DNA of 49,925 bases, from IMG/VR virus record IMGVR_UViG_3300010155_004257, positions 1 to 49,925 of that record, one strand, 5' to 3'. The first letter of the stretch is position 1; every line of letters begins with the position of its first letter. Origin of the DNA: a virus (lineage: Duplodnaviria; Caudoviricetes). Under the pieces are notes generated by a model. That model ran no database searches. It saw only the letters and a program-made list of their open reading frames with translations, and was not told where the DNA came from. Positions 27,201 through 36,700 of this stretch are shown piece by piece. The translations under genes and the position numbers were made by a program.

Positions 27201-29924
27201 ATGAATGTTACAGTCATCAGCGACCCAGCTTACGATAGCTATGAAGACCTCGACCTACGATTTACTTTCAACACGGTGGGCAAAACAGATCTTCTACAAC
27301 TTTCATTTCCGCGGTTTGACACCGCCACATCGACAACTATGTCAGGATCGGAAGTTAGTTTTGCTTATGTTACTCTGAGTTCCTCGGCAGCGACCCCTTA
27401 TCTGCCAGATCTCGTTCAATTTCGCATAACTTCTTCTGTGCTTGATATCCTCTCCTCGCACTTTGTGCCAGCTCTCGGACCACATGATCCCGGTCCTGCC
27501 CAATCCGGTGAGCGCCTACAAACTAACCCCTATGTTAATCGCTTTACTGCTCCGGTAATGGATAACTTGCGACCTCTTTTACATAATATGAGCAGCAACC
27601 AGGCCGCCACCGTACGAGAAGAGATAGAGACACAACTTTTCCCCTCTATGTTCGCTGGCCTAACCAAGGCTATGTTCAACTATATAGAGAAAAATGGTAT
27701 TTTCGATATAGCAACGTTGCGATCTCTTCAGCTGTTCAAAGATAATACAAGTTGTCCCCCCGACCAGGCCGCGGACCTCTTGGACGCTGGTGGAATTTTA
27801 GAACAAGTTAAGGCCGAGTTCTTGGAGTCAGCATGTTTTGATGAGATGCCTCTCGACATCAAAATTCGCTATGCTACCATGATAGCCTTATTCTATAATT
27901 TGATTCAAGTTGAAATTGCTGAGTTGATAGTAAAAAACATTTTTGTTTTCAGCGCGTTTGATGTTGAGGAGTTGATGACCAAGCCGACGATAGGACAGTT
28001 TATTGCGTCCCAGGTACGCAACGACGTACTGACGAAACTACAGCACCAACCCCGCGTTCGCCGGGCTATTATAGAGTATTACAATTTCAAGATTGCCCGG
28101 CCGTCGGTGGCTAGCCTAGGCGGCCTCCTCAATTCCGCCGGCGCCGTAGTATTTCCTATAGGCACAGTGTTTAGTTCTCTTAACTGGCCTGAGTTAGTAG
28201 AATATCTCGTTCAAGCGCGAATTGATGCCTCAAAAATGCCGGTATCTAATGTGGTACGAATGGCCCGCCAAGATTCGAGTTTTCGAAAGACTTTTGATGA
28301 GGCTTTTGTCCAAGATATCTTGGGCTTTGGTACTCGACTCAGCCAGGTATCCCAGCCCACCGGGTTTGAACAGCAATTGGTTACACGCACCATCGGCGCG
28401 CCTTTGGCGTATGGCACAATGCTAATTGAAAGGGTCGTCACCTGGTCGGGTCTCGAAGGGGATAACATACCCTCTATCTTAGAGCCTACCCAGGAAATCG
28501 GCGGCGAGCTGGAGCTGAAAGAATTTCAAAAGAGCTTTTTACCAGTGGACACCAATAACACTCTCACGAAGCCAATAGCCGGCGCCGTCGATCTCACAGA
28601 TATGGCCTGGCATGTACGCTTCACAGATCTCCGGGTTAAATATCGTTTAGTTTATTACCTTCCTACACAAGTCGCGACGGTAGCGGAGCACTTCACCGGC
28701 CCAGCCGTCGAAAATTATACTTCAAAGCTGACCGGGAGAATGTGGCGCCTCGACACCTCTTACGCCGTCGGGTCGTCTCCTACCGCCGGCGATATCAATA
28801 ATATCTTAGCTAATCAAATAGAAACAACCTTTCAGTATCAAGAACCTCACGGTGGTCCCGTCGACGCCAATGTTCAATACGGCATGGGCCCAGATGGTCA
28901 AGAGATAATTAGAGTTAAGATAGTTGACTTTGATGATCCGGATACCGTGCACGACCTAGGTTCCTATACGGCTCTCCTGTCGGAAATATCCACGACCCGT
29001 CATGACTTTGAAAGTCTACGTACCAAACTGACTAGCGCCCGGTTTAGTGAGTCCGCAAGGCAAACATCGCAGTCTCGCATTGCTCGCCGCGCTGAAGCAA
29101 AGAATATCGCTAGTGACTCCACATATAAGAAAATATTTAGCGAAACTTTCAATCAAGAGTTTATTACGATGGTCCCGGTATATCAAAACCTCTATCTTAC
29201 CAATCGATATTTTGGAAAGATAGAAACTGTTTTCGATTCGACCAAAAACTTTATTATTCAAGCGTTTATTGACGTGGTCACCGGCAAAGACCCAACAGCA
29301 CCGGTTGGAAACAATCGCCCTGCAGCCGCGGCAGCCATTCAAAACAGCCCGGGCCCCGATTTTGCTGCCAAATTTGAGGGCCTCGGACGTGACTTTATTC
29401 TCAAGATGCTTATCGAAACCCCCATCATGATATTGAAGGGTTTAGCAGAAATGATCGACCCCCACGTGGCCATATGGAAGATGGTTCGCAACGTGACGGG
29501 AATGGGCTTCGACGAGATTATTAAAATGATTGACGCATCCGGTGTCCTTCAAACAATAGACGAGGAACTCGAAGCCGCCGACCCACCGTTGCCCGCCATG
29601 AATATGAGGGGCGAAGATTTGATAGCACTAATGCTGTGCCTTCTAGATTTCGGAATGAACCAGACACTAGAGGCTGACATCAGGGACATGGGGCCCGCTG
29701 CTCAACACGCATTAAGTAATGAAGAGATAAAGAATAATATTTTACCAAGGATGTCAGTGGAAGGTATCGACTTTACTTCCACCCTCAGTGGCATGTTAAT
29801 GATTCCCCCGTTGCCTTTCGGCATCCTTTATATCTTGTTGGACCTCTTGAAAAAGGATCTCGCCGCAGCATTAACCAGTGACGCCGACGAAGTTTCTGAG
29901 GAAGAAAGTTTACCGGAGTGTTAA
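24201..29924 (+). CDS. Very large (1907 aa) acidic, largely helical hypothetical protein, probably virion-associated
   Basis: Uninterrupted ORF between the spike and gp25; no recognised motif. Confidence 0.8.
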   Translation: MASQISGPKYRSRTPGIPFYKGKKYVTRLEITPKITSQENFRARYELLHAQAVDNFIMHYYPELWPGVNDALDAVNPAASYQDLYIALRSSIEDAVILRGFYQPTAPPIQGRSFIVATYDPKHSVDVIRKQLKRASFDGGTPFPTTQNSEGNSIRLGLPSIDPVIAYYNSIQELGGITGESSESTFIVGSMMEDQDIVNNGLRAFALQMMAFPGGINSSLDMPFLQQDVQQFLNLFIRTLVNQFSTQQETHAFDEADTLTIFFGKYQDSSQIAISRMEYLVVDESPSPQTLAVGYLTNMSYNPSFRDKLTLSMLSNYEDTLEGMKNMSPGLPGQPMMMDGEQFSFYTFASGLQEDGVDLGATSENWEEFKFITPIVNAAAEEIVDGYAKAAIEAGLPFDTKQLTEGIEVALTSKEIRDLREKILNNPELAQKVFAEQKAKTLKAGINVSKKLGKILESGPMGFVKKNSPLDQVFRQFGIQEVAKEAFRCATFGLAPELARINSAVQKALTNQAGSIYLPPPQQPAASISKPDIDLEMFKPFSITGDIWKQILKSLIDGLRNAVLEVMKELANLLHELCDFNNPFAEDYGAQDITDFLPPEPDIYGPNSALQGLADRLGVPRPTIYQYLADLSSILSSMEICFLFTDPSQVTEELLQRIVTFNLTYDDAYISTVLTNNNAIMAFFASLATIVDITNLCDEIANALYDLNQDDICLTEADLASALESQNIESLLDLMENGLQLELPPINFECPDKAGFIENPLFSRAVPQALNMTTDIVETLFINSSQAALSVLTEPSVKGGPSTSGATLKALSEIDGVEGVKSETTADASAKATKMLEKMGGKFTEFSGHIAAAFAEGEVCSDALGEKAEQILAVTDTLIGIFTSGEFLEAMQNIQDSFDNITDTIAAASASNQTPRVTYNFPSAYKAGFNNYLPAEGPIWAPRSEAFLGLFGGTGEITQDRVVAGKFLAHTADDNSINLSSFDVNETSTPAGAWYQAPAGMNVTVISDPAYDSYEDLDLRFTFNTVGKTDLLQLSFPRFDTATSTTMSGSEVSFAYVTLSSSAATPYLPDLVQFRITSSVLDILSSHFVPALGPHDPGPAQSGERLQTNPYVNRFTAPVMDNLRPLLHNMSSNQAATVREEIETQLFPSMFAGLTKAMFNYIEKNGIFDIATLRSLQLFKDNTSCPPDQAADLLDAGGILEQVKAEFLESACFDEMPLDIKIRYATMIALFYNLIQVEIAELIVKNIFVFSAFDVEELMTKPTIGQFIASQVRNDVLTKLQHQPRVRRAIIEYYNFKIARPSVASLGGLLNSAGAVVFPIGTVFSSLNWPELVEYLVQARIDASKMPVSNVVRMARQDSSFRKTFDEAFVQDILGFGTRLSQVSQPTGFEQQLVTRTIGAPLAYGTMLIERVVTWSGLEGDNIPSILEPTQEIGGELELKEFQKSFLPVDTNNTLTKPIAGAVDLTDMAWHVRFTDLRVKYRLVYYLPTQVATVAEHFTGPAVENYTSKLTGRMWRLDTSYAVGSSPTAGDINNILANQIETTFQYQEPHGGPVDANVQYGMGPDGQEIIRVKIVDFDDPDTVHDLGSYTALLSEISTTRHDFESLRTKLTSARFSESARQTSQSRIARRAEAKNIASDSTYKKIFSETFNQEFITMVPVYQNLYLTNRYFGKIETVFDSTKNFIIQAFIDVVTGKDPTAPVGNNRPAAAAAIQNSPGPDFAAKFEGLGRDFILKMLIETPIMILKGLAEMIDPHVAIWKMVRNVTGMGFDEIIKMIDASGVLQTIDEELEAADPPLPAMNMRGEDLIALMLCLLDFGMNQTLEADIRDMGPAAQHALSNEEIKNNILPRMSVEGIDFTSTLSGMLMIPPLPFGILYILLDLLKKDLAAALTSDADEVSEEESLPEC

Positions 29925-29953
29925 TTAGAATGGAACAAGAGGAGGAATAAAGA

Positions 29954-30349
29954 ATGTCATCAGGCCTTTCAGTCATGCTGCCGCTTACAGTAAGTGAAGT
30001 TTTTGGCGCGTACAATTTGAATACCAACTTTGCTCAATTAGCAACACAGAATCTTAAGATGCTGTTATTGACTAACCCGGGTGAAAGAATTATGAACCCC
30101 CAGTTTGGTGTAGGGATCCGTCGTTTCTTCTTCGAAGCCAACGACCAATCCACCTATAACCAGATTACAGAACGCATATTTTCTCAAGTCGGTACCTATA
30201 TGAAATTTCTTAGAGTGGACGATATAAGTTATAATTATGTGGAAGATAACCCTGATCTTTACCCACATGTTGTTGCTATTACCTTACAATATACAATTAT
30301 ACCTCTTCAAATCTCAACTAGTGTATTGATTCCTGTGAATAGCAACTAA
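29954..30349 (+). CDS. Baseplate wedge protein, T4 gp25/GPW family
   Basis: QNLKMLLLTNPGERIMNPQFGVGI; GAGGAGG SD upstream. Confidence 0.9.
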   Translation: MSSGLSVMLPLTVSEVFGAYNLNTNFAQLATQNLKMLLLTNPGERIMNPQFGVGIRRFFFEANDQSTYNQITERIFSQVGTYMKFLRVDDISYNYVEDNPDLYPHVVAITLQYTIIPLQISTSVLIPVNSN

Positions 30350-30358
30350 TTACTAGAG
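30345..30358 (+). promoter_or_regulatory. Candidate late-promoter element ACTAATTACTAGAG
   Basis: Near-copy ACTATCTACTAGAG at 9400-9413 and core CTAATTAC at 212-219; all are just upstream of starts. Confidence 0.35.
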
Positions 30359-30369
30359 GACTTTAGAGT

Positions 30370-32166
30370 ATGGCTAAAAGATTACAACCAATTGATTATA
30401 CGAGCCGCGACTTCGATTCGATCCGTCGCGACCTCGAAAACTTTGCGAAGCGTTATTATGCGGACACCTATAAAGACTTCAACGAAGCGTCTTTTGGTTC
30501 TCTTATGCTGGACACTGTTTCCTACATCGGGGACATCCTATCCTTCTACCTTGATTACCAGGCCAATGAAAGCTTTTTAGAGACGGCGGTAGAATACAAC
30601 AATGTTATCAAGCTCGCTCGACAATTGGGGTATAAGATTGATCGCAACCCTTCTTCGTATGGTATTCTTACCTTCTATATTAAGGTCCCGGCCGCTACTA
30701 CGGGCCCCGGTCCTAATCTTGACCTCGCTCCGACACTCCGAGCCGGCTCAACCTTCTCATCCTCAGGAGGAGGTATGTATACGCTCCTACAGGATGTAGT
30801 CTTCGCCACTAGTACAAACCAAATAGTAGTTGGTACAGTCAACGCTACTACTGCTCTCCCAACGAGCTACGTGATCCGTGCGCAAGGCCGCGCTGTGTCA
30901 GGTCGAATGGCATTCCAATCCACCGAGCTGGGAGACTTTGACCGCTTTCGCCGGGTTGAGTTAGACAATAATAACGTTTCCGAAGTTCTCAGCGTAATTG
31001 ACAGTGAAGGTCATCAATACTTCGAGGTAGACAACCTCTCGCAAAATGTAGTTTTTAAAGCCATTCGTAATACCACATCGACTCAGGGGACGGTCCCCAA
31101 TATCCTACGTGCTGTTCCGGTACCGCGGCGCTTTGTAGTAGAATCTGATGGCAGTATGACATACCTTCAGTTCGGATATGGGTCAGACTCAGAACTCTCG
31201 AGTGAGAGTGTAGTCAACCCTAATAATTTAATGCTCGAGCTAAATGGTCGCAGCTATATCACTGATGCTGGCTTCGACCCCACAAAGCTTATTTCTAGCG
31301 ATAAGTTTGGTATCGCCCCTGCTAATACTACATTGCGTATTGGATTCCGTGTCAATGGCACACAGGATGTCAATGCTGGAGCTAACACAATCGTGAATGT
31401 CGCAAATCCAATTGTAAAGTTTGCTGCGCAGGGATCTTTGTCGGCCGCGGCCCGGGCCACTGTGCTAAACTCTATTGAGGTTACTAATGAGGCGCCCTTT
31501 GTGGGGAACGTCAGCCTCCCCAGTTCTGACGACATCAAGCAGCGGGTCTTTGGGTACTTCGCGACGCAACATCGAGCTGTGACGCCTGCTGATTATCGGG
31601 CAATGTGTTACTCTCTCCCGGCTAAGTTCGGAGCCGTACGGGCCGTCAATATCGTCCGCGACTTTGATGCCTTCAAAAGAAACCTCAATTTATATGTCAT
31701 ATCAGAGGATGCATCTGGTAAACTCACAAAAGCTAATCAGACTCTCAAAGATAATCTTAAAAGTTGGATCGTCAATTATAAGATGATTAATGATACTATT
31801 GATATTCTCGATGCTACAATTATCAATTTTGGAATCAGGTACACCCTTACAACCGATTTGAATAGCGGCCGCTATGCCGTGCTCAACGCAGCCAATCGTA
31901 ATATCCGTGAGTATTTCTTCCGCAATCGCTTTGAGATTGGCGAAGCCATTATGCTTAACGACATCTATCGGCAGTTGAACAAAGTCGACGGCGTTGTAGA
32001 TGTAGTGAATGTAGAGATAATATCCAAAAATGGAGGTGTATATTCTCAAAGCAACTTTGATCCCGAAAGAGCAATGTCCCCGGATGCACGCCAAATCCTC
32101 GCACAGGAGAATACAATCTTTGAATTGAAATTTCCTAATGTTGATATTGTGGGGAGTATAAAATAA
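30370..32166 (+). CDS. Baseplate wedge protein, T4 gp6/baseplate J-like
   Basis: DYTSRDFDSIR..L, DFNEASFG..LD..SY..D.LSFY.DYQANE.FL.TA, LQFG.G and Q.RAVT..DY. Confidence 0.9.
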   Translation: MAKRLQPIDYTSRDFDSIRRDLENFAKRYYADTYKDFNEASFGSLMLDTVSYIGDILSFYLDYQANESFLETAVEYNNVIKLARQLGYKIDRNPSSYGILTFYIKVPAATTGPGPNLDLAPTLRAGSTFSSSGGGMYTLLQDVVFATSTNQIVVGTVNATTALPTSYVIRAQGRAVSGRMAFQSTELGDFDRFRRVELDNNNVSEVLSVIDSEGHQYFEVDNLSQNVVFKAIRNTTSTQGTVPNILRAVPVPRRFVVESDGSMTYLQFGYGSDSELSSESVVNPNNLMLELNGRSYITDAGFDPTKLISSDKFGIAPANTTLRIGFRVNGTQDVNAGANTIVNVANPIVKFAAQGSLSAAARATVLNSIEVTNEAPFVGNVSLPSSDDIKQRVFGYFATQHRAVTPADYRAMCYSLPAKFGAVRAVNIVRDFDAFKRNLNLYVISEDASGKLTKANQTLKDNLKSWIVNYKMINDTIDILDATIINFGIRYTLTTDLNSGRYAVLNAANRNIREYFFRNRFEIGEAIMLNDIYRQLNKVDGVVDVVNVEIISKNGGVYSQSNFDPERAMSPDARQILAQENTIFELKFPNVDIVGSIK

Positions 32167-33732
32167 ATGGCGATTTTTCGATTCACGGCGAGTGCCGACA
32201 CGACTATTACTAATGCATTCAAAGCAGACCTTACGTTACGCGGCACGGGCTCTAATATGGGCTATGCCGACTCGGTGGAGATCTTTTCCATCGCCGGCCA
32301 ACTATCCTCGTCAGCTGCCGGTGCATCGCAGGAACTTTCTCGTGCTCTGATTAAGTTTCCTATTGCTGATATCTCGGCCGCCCGCACAGCCGGCACACTT
32401 CCGGCTTCCGGGAATGTCTCCTTCTTTTTGCGTATGTATAATGCTCAAACCCCCTGGACTCTTCCTCAAAACTTTAAACTCAATATCTTACCTGTCACAC
32501 GCGACTGGCAAGAGGGCACAGGCTTAGACATGGACAATTATAATGATCTAGGTGAAGCAAACTGGATGTCCGCTAGCACGAGCGCTGGGTGGACTAGCGT
32601 CGGAGGAGACTATAATGTCGCTACCCCGGGAAACATGTACACTGTCACATTTCCTTTAGGCTGGGAAGATATCGAGCTTGATATCAGCGGCTTAGTAGAA
32701 CAATGGATCACCGGTTCGGCCGGCGGCGGAATTGAGAACTATGGCGTCGGGGCGCACCTAACTTCCAGCCAGGAAGCGTATTTTTCAGGCTCAGGGGACG
32801 CCGATTCCGGCAGCCTCATCAACAACCGTACTGGATCCACTCAGTCTTATTATACCAAGAAGTTTTTCGCTCGCTCAACTGAGTTCTTTTTCAAACGACC
32901 CCTCATCGAAGCCCGGTGGGACTCCGTTGTAAAGGATGAACGTGGCCAGTTCTATTTTTCCAGCTCCTTCGCCCCTGCGGCGGATAACCTTAATACCCTC
33001 TATCTTTATAATTATGTGCGAGGGCGTCTGGTTAATCTCCCGGGAATCGGTACAACTGGAAATGCTGCTAACCTAACTTGCTCTTTTTATTCCAGCTCTG
33101 CCACCGGCACACCCACCGGCTCTGCCATCCGCCTTCCACTGGGAGGGGGTGTTACTGCGGCATTGAGCACGAATGCTACCGGCACTTATGTGAGTACGGG
33201 AATCTATTCATGCGATGTTGCGTTGACCGCCGGCGCAAGTCCTTTGGAAGGAATTAATGATGTTTGGCGTAGATCTGATAATGTAGAGTTTTTCACCGGC
33301 TCTCTATATCCCAGTGCGATGCCTAAATATGGGAGCGCTCCTACTTTCAATTATAATACCAATATACGTAATTTGCGCAAGAGTTATAGTATAAAAGAAA
33401 CGGCACGCTTCCGTACGTTTGTGAGAGACAAGTACTGGAATCCAACGATCTACGTGAAAGCGACTGCCAACAATCCCACAGAAATTATCAATAGTGCGTC
33501 TTATTCCATCTACCGGGTGGTCGATGATATGACAGTAATTGCTTTCGGCACAGGAAGTAATGACAAAAATTGTACCTATCTGTCGTATGATGTGAGCGGC
33601 AATTATTTTGACCTGGATATCTCTCTCTTAGAGCGAGGTTATATGTATGGGATTAAATTTGCCTATTATAATGATAGTATAGGAAGTTGGATGGAACAAC
33701 CAGAAACGTTCAAATTTCGAGTTGAAGAATAA
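32167..33732 (+). CDS. Virion structural protein with a DNRLRE/CBM96-like domain
   Basis: ADTTI, SRALIKF, VTRDWQEGTG, W...GGD, LDISGLVEQW and NYG pattern; Ser/Thr/Gly-rich. Confidence 0.65.
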   Translation: MAIFRFTASADTTITNAFKADLTLRGTGSNMGYADSVEIFSIAGQLSSSAAGASQELSRALIKFPIADISAARTAGTLPASGNVSFFLRMYNAQTPWTLPQNFKLNILPVTRDWQEGTGLDMDNYNDLGEANWMSASTSAGWTSVGGDYNVATPGNMYTVTFPLGWEDIELDISGLVEQWITGSAGGGIENYGVGAHLTSSQEAYFSGSGDADSGSLINNRTGSTQSYYTKKFFARSTEFFFKRPLIEARWDSVVKDERGQFYFSSSFAPAADNLNTLYLYNYVRGRLVNLPGIGTTGNAANLTCSFYSSSATGTPTGSAIRLPLGGGVTAALSTNATGTYVSTGIYSCDVALTAGASPLEGINDVWRRSDNVEFFTGSLYPSAMPKYGSAPTFNYNTNIRNLRKSYSIKETARFRTFVRDKYWNPTIYVKATANNPTEIINSASYSIYRVVDDMTVIAFGTGSNDKNCTYLSYDVSGNYFDLDISLLERGYMYGIKFAYYNDSIGSWMEQPETFKFRVEE

Positions 33733-33739
33733 TTAATAC

Positions 33740-36700
33740 ATGTCCCTCAAAAACTATTTCGCAACAGCCGAACGAGTAAACTCTGTTTCCGGGCTCACTG
33801 GTCAACAGATCGGTGGCGAAGTGGAATCCGTGGGGTACCACGAACAAGACATTATATTTGAACAGAGAATGATCCCGCGGGTTGACTTCTCCAAACCAGA
33901 AAACTTTGCTCGATATGGACTGGCCACGGAGTATTACGACGGAGCGCTTAAACGAATTTATGGATCCTTTCCGTATGATGGTTCTCGCCAGGAAAGGTTA
34001 GAGTGGGAAAATGAATCCTTAGATATCGATTTGTATATCTATGAGAATCTGTATCCGCGTACCAATGGTTATATCATCTTCTCGGCCGAGGGCTGGGGAA
34101 CAGGCAACATGGCCGATGGCTATGGATCATCCTCTACCAATGAATATATTCACTTCTATGGCGGGCCGCATGCTAATGATACCGGCTTTACTCCTTATGC
34201 TACAAAGTTTACGGGCTCGAACTATTACGAGCCGGCAAAAAACCGTGAGAGCAACCTCAAATACGACATTGCGGATAATGGAGTTAGTGTAGAATTCTGG
34301 CTCAAGAAGAAAGCCTTCAATCTTAGCGATACTGAAAAAGAGGTAATTTTTGATCTGTGGAACGGACAACCCAGCTCATCTGCTGACTATGGCCGACTAC
34401 GCATTCAGCTTACTGGAGCTACGTCGGGCCTGAGCCCCTTCCGGGTCACTCTGCTCTCAGGATCCACCGGTATTTATGACACTAGCGTCGGCGCAGCCAC
34501 TTTTACGAGTGCGTCGGTTGCGGATGATAAATGGCACCACTATGGCTTTACATTCAAGTCAGCCTCAGCCGGCCTCCAGACGCGTTTCTACGTCGACGGT
34601 GAACTCAACAATGAAGTGATCACGGGCTCGGGCTTCCAAGAAGTTACAGGGGCCTTACAAGCTTATATTGGCGCCCTGATCGCTGCCCCGTCGGCTAGTA
34701 CGGCCCTGGCCGGCTACGGCAAGATGTCCGCATCCCTCGATGAGTTCCGATATTGGAAAACGCAGCGAAGTTCTAAGGGCATCGGGCGCTATTGGTTCAC
34801 TCAGGTGGGCGGTGGTACTAATACCGACCCTGAACCTTTTGTAGATAATGTCGGAGATGTGAACACTCTACTGGGTGTCTACTTCAAGTTCAACGAAGGG
34901 GTCACGGGCGTAACCCGAACCGATAGTACTGTTTTAGATTATTCTGGCCGTATTACAAACGGAAGCTGGACCGGCTATACCCCCTCGTCTCGAAATACCG
35001 GGTCCGCTATTGTTATTTCTAATGCTGCTATCAAAGAGTACCGAGATCCCATTATCTATAGTTTCCACCCTGCGGTGGTTGCTCTGTCCTCTTCGCTGGA
35101 ACTCACAGGGTCAGATTACGATGCTTCTAATGCAGCGAATATATATAACTCAATACCTCAGTGGATCCGAGAGGAAGACGAAGAAGGTCAGAATAACACT
35201 CGCTATCTCACGCAGATCATGGCAAGCTATTTTGATGATTTCCAGCTCAAGGCCCGGGCCCTTACCGATCTCAAATCAGTAGAATACCCTAGTGGCAGTC
35301 AGAAGCCTCTTCCTTTTGCGGCGCGCCTGCTTAACTCTCATGGCTTTGTTGCCCCCGATATTTTCCTTGATGCTGATGTATTAGAGAAACTCGCCGACCG
35401 CAGTGAGTTCCGAGTCTATGAGAAGACTTTGAGCGACATCAAAAATACAATATACCAAAACATTTATAACAACCTTTCTTATATCTATAAAACAAAGGGA
35501 ACCGAAAAATCCTTCCGTAACTTAATCCGGTGCTTCGGAATCGACGATGAACTCGTTAAGATCAATCTTTATGCCAGTGATGTGGAATCAGAACTTCGCA
35601 GCAATCGAAAGAATATTGCTGTTTCTGATAAATTTGTCAACTTCAATACAAATCAAAACGCTCCTGGAACTGTAGTCCAATACCAAAACCCGGGAGATAC
35701 AGTAAATACAGCAGGATACATTTCAGGATCTGGTAATCTTCGGAATGGATATGCCTTCACTTTAGAGGCCGAGGTTCTATTCCCACAGAAGATTCCAGTG
35801 TCCTCTCCCGGCTACGAAAACACTAACATAATCAGCTCGAGCCTTTTTGGGGTCCACGGCAACGCCGGCGTAGATGAGGCCACTCCTCGCTGGCCTGGAT
35901 ATGCTGGTAACGAGGATGTAGTCAACTTCCAGGTGTACGCTGTACGGGATGAGTTGTCCTCTGACAATGTGCGCTTTATGCTTACGGGAACGTCCGGTCT
36001 TACCACAGTAGTCCCCCGGCTAGTCTCTTCTCTCTTCGAAGATGTCTATGCCGACAGTAATTGGAACCTAGCTGTCCGTGTCCGGCCCGAGAATTATCCC
36101 TATACTAATGTCGCCGGCGTCACTGCTACTAACTACATTGTAGAACTACATGGTATCAATGTCGACTCTGGTGTTGTACTAAACGAATTTACTGTCACCG
36201 GGGCTCTGGCTTCCCCGGGCGTTGGCCGAGAGTATGCTTTCGTTACGGGCTCTCGCCGTGTATATGCCGGCGCCCATCGCACCAACTTTACTGGAACACT
36301 CCGAACTCCAAGTGATGTGAAGCTGAATTCCTGCCGCTACTGGCTTACCTACTTAGACGACGCCACCCTGGCTGCCCACGGTCACGACACCGCGAACGCG
36401 GGCACGATGAACCCGCACTTTTATGCTTTTCCGTTCAATAGTTCCGCTTCCTTTGGTGAAGTGGTGGACTTGGACACCTTGGTCTTCAACTGGGAGTTTA
36501 GTACTAATACCTCCTCCAACGGTTTAGGCCAGTTTAACGTCGCCGATGAATCGTCCGGCTCTAATGCAGTAGCCGGTGCCACCAACGGCTGGCTAGGAAG
36601 TCTGCTTAACCAGCAATATTCTGCCCGCGGCTTTGACTTCACCCCTTCTTCAACGACAGCTATCGATAAAGACTATGTTATCGCTGCTCGCCAGACACTC

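Noticed and set aside
20460-33732. Bacterial T6SS or extracellular contractile injection system
   Set aside because: The gp6 and gp25 genes are T4-style and accompanied by a phage sigma and phoH; no TssJLM, ClpV or Afp15-like genes are seen.
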